This document shows positions 45,673 through 56,300 of a stretch of 64,000 nt of DNA, one piece after another. The stretch comes from Neoconidiobolus thromboides FSU 785. Its lineage: Eukaryota > Fungi > Entomophthoromycota. Position numbers and translations under genes: made by a program. The stretch spans positions 124,001 through 188,000 of the forward strand of contig MU626273.1 in assembly GCA_025603075.1 (NCBI GenBank). Direction: 5' to 3'. The notes beneath the pieces are model-generated. The model made no database searches. It was not told the origin of the DNA and saw only the letters and a list, made by a program, of their open reading frames with translations. Every line of letters begins with the position of its first letter. Position 1 is the first letter of the stretch.

Positions 45673-45858
45673 AATAGCAGATAGGGTGATTTTTATATAT
45701 AAAATGGATTTAAATATTTAAATTTATTTGATTATCATTTCGATTTCTTTAAATATTTATATTAGTTATTAACAATAAAATTATAAGTGATAATAAAATA
45801 TAAATAACAAATAAAGGCCAGTTTTATTTAAAAACACGCTTTTTTATTGTATTCTATT

Positions 45859-47507
45859 CTATTCATTTTCATCATCAAAATTAAAATTAAAGCTAAATCC
45901 ACCAACGTTATTATCGTTATTATCCTTCTCCTTATTGTTATCTTCAGTTAAAATTTCCCAATTACTTTTAATTTTAGTTTCTTTTTTTAAAGATTTAATA
46001 TTTTCTACTAACTCTGGATTCAATTTAGCATATTCTTTTTCAAACGCGTCAAATAAAGGTCCATTTTTGTTACAATCCCAACCCGAAATCTGTTCTTCTT
46101 TAAAATATAAAAATTTTAATACTTTATCTACATTTTGATGAGATACATAATTTTGTGTAATAGCAATAGAGTCGTCTAAATTAACTACTAAATGCCACCA
46201 ACCGGATGGCACAAACATGATTTCACCTGCTTTACAAATAGCTTCAATAGGTTGGTATTCCTGGGCTAATTTATAATAATTTAAATGCCATTCCATTATA
46301 GATACTGGCGATGTAACTTCAGATTCATCTGAGTTTGTAAATACCCCAGGTGGTAATTGATTTGGTGGAAATAAAATCCATTTCTTTGAGCCTGTTATGA
46401 CTGCATTCCAAGCCGAAGTGGCATTTGGATCTTTATGAAATGTACTACCACTTCTCTTTGGTCCTATAATTAACCAGCGATAATCTGGACGTTTATCTTC
46501 ACCTATTTTAGAATAATTTATTCCATATGTTTTAGTATACAATAATGATAATGATAATTACCTAATAAACTAAATAAATCATCTTTAAAATATTCAGGTA
46601 CTTCAAAATCCTTATCAATATTTGGACAATTTTTAGTAAAGTGTTTATCAAATAAATAAATTGGAGATTCATCTCGATTATTGTTTGAATATTGGAAATA
46701 GTTTTTTAATTTAATATTTACACTTTCAGCAATAAAATCTTGTGTATCAAAATTTTCCATTAAATAATCTTCATTCCATTTATTAAATGCTGGCCATTTA
46801 TTTACTATATCTGTTATAATAACTGGTTTATTAGGAAGTTCATATTCTTCTATAAATTCCTTATAACTTAAATTGCTTCTTCTTTCTATATTTTCTTTTC
46901 CTAAATATTGATACATTGAATTACTTGTACATAACCATGATTGATACAAGTTATCCGAATAGATCCACTTCACCTTAACTGGAAATAATTTACTATCTTC
47001 ATAAACCTCATCTTCTTTATCTTCTTTCTTTTCCCCTTGTCCTTCTTTACTATACTTCCTTTCTAAATAAGTTTGTCTCCAAGAGCCTTTAAACATAAAA
47101 TCCCCATTAAATTCTTTGACTACTCTTTCTTTCCAATTATCCTCTAAATAAGATAATATATAAAACATAGGACTTAAATTAGCTAAAGAAGAAATAGAGA
47201 TCCCATCTAAATAACTTAATACTTCTAGTAACAATTCATCACTTAATTTAGACAATGAACCCAATCCCCGAGATCTTAAGTTGGGTATAAAATTGGGGTG
47301 TTCTTTATCAAATAATAAATTACCATATGGTTTGATACCTAATGGATGAGTTTGACTAAGTAATCGTGACACTTTTTCGGTGTAAACTCCATCTTCAACC
47401 TCAGCTTCAACTTCGTCTTCTATTTGGCTACTGAACCTTACTTTCTTCTTAGTATTAGTAAGGTCATTGTTTCTTATTGATGATTTTAATTTTATATTAG
47501 AACCCAT
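45859..47507 (-). CDS. F-box plus JmjC-domain protein (JMJD6-related), 2 exons
   Basis: F-box LSKLSDELLLEVLSYL; cupin-like ENIERRSNLSYKEFIEEYELPNKPVII; after one intron RPDYRWLIIGPKRSGSTFHKDP and WWHLVVN (H-x-D...H iron triad). ATG at 47507 preferred over the upstream TTG start. Confidence 0.88.
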
Positions 47508-47703
47508 ATTAAAATAAGATAAAAAAATAATGAATAAAAATTTGTTACTTATTAAAAGAACCAATGAAAACCTAATTTTTAAAAAAATTTAGATTTTTTG
47601 GGCCATGCTTTAAATTTCCAGTTATTAAATTACAAGCTAAACTTTTTACTTTTTTTAAAAAGAGAGATTTTAAATCAATAGAAACAATAATACATAGATA
47701 GAT

Positions 47704-48925
47704 ATGCCACCAAAGAAACAAGCACCTACAAAAGCAGATAAAGACCGACAAAAAGCAAAAGCTAAAGTAGCTGAAGATAAAACTTTTGGTTTAAAAAATA
47801 AAAAAAAGTCAGCTAAAGTTGGTCGATATGTTGAAGAAGTTAAAAAACAAGCTCAACATATTGGTAACCCAAAGTTGGTAAGTTATAATAACTGAATTAT
47901 TATATATATGCTATATATTAAATAAATGTTATAGAAAGCTGCTGAAGAAGAAAAGGCACTTCAAAAGAAAAAGAGAGAAGAAGAAGAAGCTCGTAAAAAA
48001 GAATTACATGACTTATTTAAACCAATTGTTGTTACTCAAAAAGTACCTTTTGGTACTGATCCAAAAACTGTATTATGTGCTCATTTTAAAGCGGGTACTT
48101 GTATCAAAGGTAAAAAATGTAAATTTAGTCATGACTTAAACGCCGAAAGAAAAGGTGCTAAAAGGGATCTTTATACTGATTCTAGAGATGAAACTAAAGG
48201 TAAATTTTATTTATTTATTTAGTACATTAATAATAATATACTAATCAATTATAACTATAATATTTATTAAAAAAATAAATAGAAAATGATACTATGGACA
48301 CTTGGGATGATAAGAAATTAGCTGAAGTTGTATTATCAAAACATGGAAATCCAAAAACAACTACAGACATTGTTTGTAAATTTTTCTTAGAAGCTATCGA
48401 TAACCAAAAATATGGTTGGTTTTGGGAATGTCCAAACGGTGGTCTTCAATGCAAATATCGCCATGCTTTACCACCAGGTTTCGTTTTAAAAAGTAAAAAG
48501 AAAGAAGAAATTAAACAAGAAATTTCATTGGATGAATTTTTAGAAACGGAAGTAAGTTTTAAAATAATACTACATGAGATAAAATTTATTCAACTTTTTT
48601 CTATTAGCGTCATAAATTAGGCACTAATTTAACCCCAGTAACATTAGAAACATTTACTGAATGGAAAAAGAAGCGCCTTGAAAAAATTGAAAAAGAAGAA
48701 AATGAATTAAAGAAACAAAAAGATAAAGCCATGCAAGCTGGAAGAAATCTACAACTTTCAGGTAGAGAATTATTTGATTATAATCCTGATTTGGCTTTCG
48801 ATAATGAGTATGATGACGATGAAGATGCCTTTGAAGTTGATGCTTATAGAATTAAGGAAAATAATGAGGATGAAAGTGTGATAGGATCATCAAAGATGAT
48901 GGAACAAATGAGTGTCGAATCTTAA
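47704..48925 (+). CDS. TMA46: CCCH zinc-finger translation machinery-associated protein (Tma46/ZC3H15), multi-exon
   Basis: [86 protein letters not shown]. Confidence 0.93.
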
Positions 48926-49308
48926 TATATTGGGAAGTAAATAAATGATGATGATTTTTAAATCTTTTTGTTATCGTTTTTGTGAAAGTATGTTAGATTT
49001 AAACAAACTGAAGGTTTTAAAACCAAAATAAATCGAAGGCTTAAACAAACAGTTTAATTAAAGAACTTATTTTAAAAAAGAGTAATTAAGGAGTATATTT
49101 AATAAATTATGTAATATTTATATTCGCACAGTTTTTAGTATAAATTCTAAATTCAGTTTAAAACCCAATTACCATTAAAATAGTACTATCAGATTTTTAA
49201 AACTACGGCTTATTAAAAAAACCTATGAAGAATAATGATGTCATCCAATCTTATAAAAATGAAAACAAAATATTAAACTCTCTATTTGTATTCAAAACAG
49301 TAAAAAAG

Positions 49309-50499
49309 ATGAATTTCATTAGTGATTTAGTCCAAAAAGTAGGCGGAGAAACTGCGGTTAATTTGATCAATGATCAAGTAACTCCCTTAATCCTTAACAA
49401 TCTTAAACCCAATATTCAACAATATGTCAATAGTCATGTAGAACGTACCCGTGGTGAGCTATTTCAACAATTACCTAAGGGAGTTTATGATGTATTAGAT
49501 GATATTTTACCTGATGGTTTGAATCGAAATAATAATGGTGGTGGTAATGCAAGAGGGTTAGGTGATGATGCTAGAGGATTTATGGAAGATATTCAAAATA
49601 AGATTAGAGAAAAGATTGAGGAAATTTTAAATAGTATTACTGAAAAAGTAAGACAAATTGTTAGTGAAGTTACTGGATCAACTACCAATAGAGCTACAGA
49701 TTCTGTAGTAGATATTGCTAAATCAAAACTTAAATTAGGTGCTAAAAGAGAAGTTGAATTTAATAATAACAATAATAATGTAAGTACAAGAGGTTTTGGG
49801 GATAGTTCTAATAATAATCAAAATAACAATAACGGTGATTTTATTGATAATTTTATTAACTCATCTTTAAATGATATACGTCCTTTGGTCAGAGGTGAAT
49901 TAAAAGGGATTTATCAAAGTATTTTAGAATTAGTTCCACAAGATGCTAGAAGAATTCTCTGTGCTATTGTACCTGGCTTAGAGGATAATAATCAGAATCA
50001 AAATCAAAATCAAAATCAACAGTTTAGCAATAACAGCAATAATCAACAATTTAGTAATAATAACTTTAATCAAGGACAACAATTTTATAATAATGGTAAT
50101 AACTACAACAATCAAAGTCAACAATATGGCAATGATAATTATAATCAAGGTCAACAATTTAATAATAATAACCAAGCTCAAGGTTCATTTAACAACTCAC
50201 GCGGTATTGAAGAAAATAACCCAAATGTAACTAGCCGCGGGTTATTTAGTGATATTAAAAATTTCGCTCATCAAGTGAAAGATGAAATGAAACAAAGTGG
50301 TATGGGATCTTTAATAGGTAAAGGGAACTCAGGTAGTAGTAGTCGAGAATTATTAGATGAATTTCAAAATAAAGCTAGAGCTAAAGTAGATGTTATTACT
50401 ACCAAATTAATGGAAATTTTAGAAGATAAAATTATGAATACGGTTGGACAGGAACTTTCTAGTTTAGCTAAAAATAAATTAAATAGTTTGAAATTTTGA
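49309..50499 (+). CDS. Hypothetical protein with internally duplicated amphipathic helical domain and N/Q-rich linker
   Basis: Long intronless ORF, probable start MNFISDLVQK at 49309; repeated blocks EDIQNKIREKIEEI / DEFQNKARAKVDVI and IAKSKLKL / LAKNKLNSLKF. Confidence 0.75.
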   Translation: MNFISDLVQKVGGETAVNLINDQVTPLILNNLKPNIQQYVNSHVERTRGELFQQLPKGVYDVLDDILPDGLNRNNNGGGNARGLGDDARGFMEDIQNKIREKIEEILNSITEKVRQIVSEVTGSTTNRATDSVVDIAKSKLKLGAKREVEFNNNNNNVSTRGFGDSSNNNQNNNNGDFIDNFINSSLNDIRPLVRGELKGIYQSILELVPQDARRILCAIVPGLEDNNQNQNQNQNQQFSNNSNNQQFSNNNFNQGQQFYNNGNNYNNQSQQYGNDNYNQGQQFNNNNQAQGSFNNSRGIEENNPNVTSRGLFSDIKNFAHQVKDEMKQSGMGSLIGKGNSGSSSRELLDEFQNKARAKVDVITTKLMEILEDKIMNTVGQELSSLAKNKLNSLKF

Positions 50500-50577
50500 G
50501 GAGTAAGAAAAGACTGAGAGAAAGTGAAGATAATTTTTTTATTCAAATAAAATGATATATATGTATTTATACTTTAT

Positions 50578-51255
50578 TTATGATATTGTTTTTATATTAT
50601 TTATACAAGTGGACGGATTTTTTAATAAGCCATCTTGTTCAAAAAGATCTCGAATAGTAAAACCTAATGTAATATGTGGAAAAAAATCTCTTGGTTTAAA
50701 TAAATTATATTCACCACCATTTAATAAATAATAATTTTGAATAAAATATCTTAAATTAATTAATTCTATTATTGGTTTATATTCTATTGTAGATGAACTT
50801 AATATTACAAAATAAGCTGTAGATGTAATAGTACTGTTGTTATAGTTAATATTTAAGGTGCTGCTACCTAAACAATATGGGTGAAATTGGACGTTTTGAA
50901 TGGTGTTATTTTTAAAGAAGAAATCGATTAATTGATTTAATTGAATAATATCAATACCAACAGTAGTTAATAATTCATATTCTGGTGGTGTTATTACAGT
51001 TATATGAGCTTCTCCGCGGTTCTGTAAAGATTGATTAAAATGTTGTTCATAATGATGAATGTAGTTTAATTGATCATAAAAGTTATTAGTTAATAAAGTT
51101 TGATTTAAATTGATTTGAATGTAATTATCTTTAAGAATATAAGGAACAACACTACTATTGAAAAACTCTATGGGGATGGCTAAGCTTATTTTGGGGTTGA
51201 TATAAGTGATATATAATAGATAAAAGATTAAAATTAAAATAAATAGGAGTTTCAT
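50578..51255 (-). CDS. 2H phosphoesterase-fold protein with N-terminal signal peptide or anchor
   Basis: Two H-x-T motifs in hydrophobic context, AHITVITPPEY and FPHITLGFT, about 110 aa apart; hydrophobic N-terminus MKLLFILILIFYLLYITYI. Confidence 0.72.
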   Translation of the reverse strand: MKLLFILILIFYLLYITYINPKISLAIPIEFFNSSVVPYILKDNYIQINLNQTLLTNNFYDQLNYIHHYEQHFNQSLQNRGEAHITVITPPEYELLTTVGIDIIQLNQLIDFFFKNNTIQNVQFHPYCLGSSTLNINYNNSTITSTAYFVILSSSTIEYKPIIELINLRYFIQNYYLLNGGEYNLFKPRDFFPHITLGFTIRDLFEQDGLLKNPSTCINNIKTIS

Positions 51256-51350
51256 TTTGTTGATTAAAATAAAAAGGTTTTTTTTAGAGAATACGTAGTC
51301 AAGTAATTTTTGTTATTTCCTGTTTTTTTAAATCTAAATTTATTTTTCAA

Positions 51351-52674
51351 ATGGGTCAACTAAAATATCAATTTACAACTCCTTGTTTTCCATATCAAAA
51401 ACATGAGTATTATGGTAATGACCATATCTTGAATTATCCATTGTTGAGTTTATTAGACAATAAAGAATTTGAAGATAAAAGTATAGAAAGAGACCAAACC
51501 ATAGGGAATAAATCAAAAGATGAATCAATCCATTCCCAATCAGAACAACATCAAGACGAAAGAGAAGTATTAAAAGAAGAAATTTATAAAGTGTTTAAAA
51601 AAGAAAGTAGTGTCGAATTATCTTATTTATTAAAAAAGTACTTTAAAAATAGTACAATTAATTTAAATCAACTAAAACTATATGAAAATAGTAACTTATT
51701 ACACTTAGCAGTTTATAATGATAACTTGAAAGTAATCAAATATTTAATCGAAGATTTAGATATTTATATTGATCAAATGGATGATTATATGGAGGTAAAT
51801 TTACTATTATATATTACTGATTTACTAATTTAAAATTAATCAAATACAACAGACAGCTTTATTAAAATCAATAAAAAGAGGTAATTTAGCTATTAGTAAT
51901 TATTTAATCTCTAAGGGAGCGGATATCAATAAAAAAGATTATCAAGGGTTTAATGCGTTACATAAAGCGAGTGGGTCTGGAAACTTAGATTTAGTGAAAT
52001 TAATCATAGAAGAATATCATATAAGTCCAAACTCAATATCTGATACTAAATTCACACCATTGATGACCGCAAGTACCAAGAACCAATTAGATATAATAAA
52101 ATATTTAGTAAATCAAATCTATCAGCCAGTTGATGTTTTGATTGCTAATGAATTGAATATAACTGCTTATTCTATTGCTTGTTCATGTAAATATTATCAA
52201 ATAGCTGATATTTTATATAAAGCCGAAATTAAACAAAGTAGTAAGGAAATGGAATATCACACTACCCCACATCAACAAATAATGGTAATGGTCTATGAAA
52301 ACCAACGAATGGAAAAGTTGGGTGGAATAATGAATTTTTTTCAAACCCAAAAAAAGATCAAATTTACTCAACAAGCTTTATTAAAATCAGATAATATTAC
52401 ATCATTTCAACTCGCCAATAGTACCAATAATAATCCCATAGATCTTCTCACCTTTGAGTTACCAAAACACCAATATGGCTCCTGGGACTGGTTATCAGAG
52501 TGGGAAATATTTAAAAGCGAAGGTTATAATCCTAAACTAGGTTGGCAATATAATACTGAATTTAATTCAAATACACCTTGGAGTCCAAATTTTTCTTATG
52601 AATTAAAACATCAAGTGAGAAGAAGAGCTTGGATACGTATTGCTTCTAGGGAAACTATGGAAATTCTGTTTTAG
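51351..52674 (+). CDS. Ankyrin-repeat protein with C-terminal dysferlin (DysF)-like domain, 2 exons
   Basis: One GT-AG intron joins LLHLAVYNDNL, TALLKSIKRGNL, NALHKASGSGNL and TPLMTASTKNQL ankyrin repeats; C-terminal VYENQR...WDWLSEW...GWQY...VRRRAWIR is the DysF signature. Confidence 0.75.
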
Positions 52675-52809
52675 TTTCATAAATTTTGTTTTATTTTTAA
52701 TAAAATAGTTGACAGCACTTTATTAGTTTTATGTATCTACACTACCTTATTTATCTTCTTTATTTAAAAATTTACTATTTATAATTTATTTCATTTGCAT
52801 GAACCTCAA

Positions 52810-52880
52810 GTTGATGTAGTATAGTGGTAGTACACCGCGTTGTGGCCGCGATAGCGGGGGTTCGATTCCCCCCATTGACA
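52810..52880 (+). tRNA. tRNA-His (GTG), acceptor-stem variant
   Basis: Identical to 44421-44491 except positions 3-4 (TG instead of CA). Confidence 0.92.
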
Positions 52881-53377
52881 TGTATAATATATGAATATTC
52901 CATTTTTATATTGATTGAATTTGAATATTATACACTATTAAACAGCGCTACTCTTAGGAAAAGATGTAAGATATTTTTAAACTTTCAGATACAATAAAAT
53001 ACTATAATAGCTAATTTCAATTTTATTACTTCAAACATAAAATTTGGTATTTTATAATAATTTATTGCTTATTCAAACTGGAATGTGCTATTACTAGAAG
53101 TTATAGTCACTTTCAGGGATTAGGTTTTGGTGGCAATTCTAAAAATGGCAGTTAATAAGAATCATTGAGTTGCACTGATACTTTTTTGTAGTTGGTCTTT
53201 TTGCTTAAACGAATTATATCACTCAACTTAATTTTAATCAACCAATTAAAATAGCATAAGCTGATAAAGCAAAACTTAAGCAAGTTTATGTCAAACACAG
53301 TCAGTAAGCTTTTGTAATTTAATATTTTAAAATAAAATTCGAACGCTTTATATCTCATTTATCAAATATAACAATTA

Positions 53378-56300
53378 ATGACCACAGAAGAAGAAAAGAA
53401 AGCGTTCTATATCAACCATCAAAAAGTTTCCTTGGATATTGATTTTGCTTCAAAAGCTATATTGGTATGCTTTTTTAAAATGATTAAAAATCGAAAAGAT
53501 TTATAAATTTCAATTCTTTAGGCAACAACAGAATTACAAATTTATTTTAATTCGGCTCAACTACCATACATAAGATTACATTCTAAAATTGTTGGTTAGT
53601 ATATAACATTTATACAGTATTATAAATTAATTAATAAAATTAGATATCAATCAAATATTTATAAATAATGTTGAATGTCGATTTGAAATTTTTGATCCAA
53701 GTGTAGAAACATGTCAAATTTATTCAAAAAGCAATTACAGAGATCCGGAAGTATTTCAAAAGTTATTCAATTCGACAAAAGATATATCAAATTTAGGTGA
53801 ATTAGCTATTGAAATACCCTCTTCGATTGATTTGCAAAATGTAACTTATTCTAAAATTCAAAATTTAAATATTCATACTTTTTAGCATTTATCACCAGAT
53901 ATTGTGAATAAGGATGAAGAAAATTGTATTATTTTATTTATTATTTAGAAAAATTGTTAATCTTATTTAAAAGCTAATGCACCACCTACTGCTCGAACTG
54001 CACCAGCATTCTTAAGAATTGATTATATAATAAGGAACCCTCAATCAGGTGTTGTCTTTTCATCAAATAGCAGAGTTAATGAAAATGACGTAAGCACAGT
54101 TAAATAAAAAGATGATTTAATAATTGTTTTAGGTATCTTCATATTTATACACTTTGAATCAACTTGGAGCTGGAGATGCTCGTTACTGGGTACCAACTCT
54201 AGATGAGCAAGGGCAAAGATTTACATGGGAACTTGATTTTGTAGTAACAAAAAGAAACTTAAAAACAAATAGTGATATTTCAGTAGTTGCATCAGGAGTT
54301 CAAGTTACACAAGTAAAGCATTTTATTTTCTAAAATGATTCGACTAAATATTTTAGAATAAACAACTTCAAGATGATACTGTTTTAAATCAGTATTTTGT
54401 TGCTTTTCCTTGCCCTGCATATTTAGTTTCATTTTCTATTGGACGTTTTGATTCATTATTAATAACGGAACTCGATTGTGATGAAAACGAACAAGAAGTG
54501 AATAATAATGCTTATGGGAATAATGGAAAACAGGTAATAGCCTATTCCCCAATTGGTTGGAAAGAAGAATTAAGGCATACCACACAAACAGTTGAAAAGG
54601 TAAAAGATTTGTTTTTTTGTCAATAATTTTGTTAAACAAATGATAAGACATTGGATTATTATATGACAGAGTTTGGTCCTTACCCGCTCGATTCTTTAAA
54701 AATAGTATTTCTTCAAACTTCAAATATACCAATGATTGTTGGTGCAGAAGTCATCATCATTAGTTTAGAATTCCTTCATTCAGATGAAATCATCGATCAG
54801 ACTTTTGAAACGCGTAGAATCATTGCTTTGGCCCTTGCTAGTCAATATTTTGGCGCGAATATAGTTCCTAAAGACCCAACTGATATTTGGATTATTTTAG
54901 GTTTTAGTGGTTTTATGACATCTCTGTTTTTAAAATCCCATTTTGGCTATAATGAATATCGATATAGGATGAAACAGGATATGATTAAGATTTCTCAACT
55001 CGATGTCAATCGACCTCCTTTATATAATGAAAAGTTAGCATACCCTTATGATTTAGAAGATATAAGTTTTATTCGACTTAAAGGAACTTTTGTGCTATAT
55101 ATGCTAGATAAACAGATGTTGAAAGGAGCAGCTGCATATGGTCTTCATAGGTTAATCCCAAAAATATTGATGTCTGCTATGGTTGGCGAACTTGGACCTG
55201 GCAATTTAGTTAGCACTTACTGGTTTCTAAAAACATGTAGAAAGGTAAGTGGCGTAACTATTCGAAGTTTTGCAGATCAATGGATTTATTCCAGTGGTTG
55301 TCCAATATTTTCATTCAAGTATCAATTTAATCGTAAAAAAATGGTTGTTGAAATTGAATTTGAGCAAACAACTACCAATGCAGCTTTAAGTTTAAACGAA
55401 GAACAAGAAGGATTAATCAAACCAGCAAAGTTTTTTACTGGTAATTTAACAGCTTGTATTCAAGAACCAGATGGTACACCTTATGAGCATATTCTTGAAA
55501 TTCATGAAAACTCATCTCATTTTGAAGTACAATTCAACACCAAATATAAAAGAATTAGAAGAACGACCAAAAGATTTCAAAAGCGTAAAGCTGAAGCAGC
55601 TGCAGCAGAAGCTATAGTTAAAGATCAGTTAGATGGTGATAATCCAGAAGATGATGTGCTATTTTTAACCGAAGATGGTAATGAGGGAGAGAAGGAAGCT
55701 TGGAGAATTATTGAATGGGGTGAAGCTGATAAGGAAAGTAATGAATCTGCTACTTTTGAATGGATCCGCCTTGATTCTGATTTTGAATGGATTTGTATTG
55801 TAAATTTGGAACAGCCAGATTATATGTGGGCTGGACAATTAGAAAAGGATCGAGATGTTGTTTCACAATACGAAGCTGTTGTAGCATTAAGAAGATTCCC
55901 ATCATTAGCAACATCTACTACATTATTAAGAACCATTATGAATAATCAATGTTTCTATAGGATTCGTGCTGATGCAGCTTTGTCTCTTGTTTATTGTTCT
56001 TTAGAGAGGCTTGAATATATTGGAAGGGATCATTTACTAAGAATTTATCATAAAAGGTTTTGCATTGATACTTTAAAAGATGAAAAGAACCCAGAATTGT
56101 TTTTACCTAAACCCAATGATTTTGCCTCGTTTACTGAATATTTTGTACAAAAAGCTTTGATCACTGGTTTGTCCCTTTTAGATGAGCCTAAATCGCAATC
56201 TTTTTCTAAAAAGCTTATTTTAAACCTTTTGAAAAACAATGATAATTCTAGTAATCCATATTCTGACTCATATTATGTTTCAACCTTAATAGCTTCAATT

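Noticed and set aside
53109-53120. ACTTTCAGGGAT matching the 5' region of U3 snoRNA
   Set aside because: The match stops after 12 nt; no box A continuation or B/C/D boxes; lies in the TAF2 promoter region.
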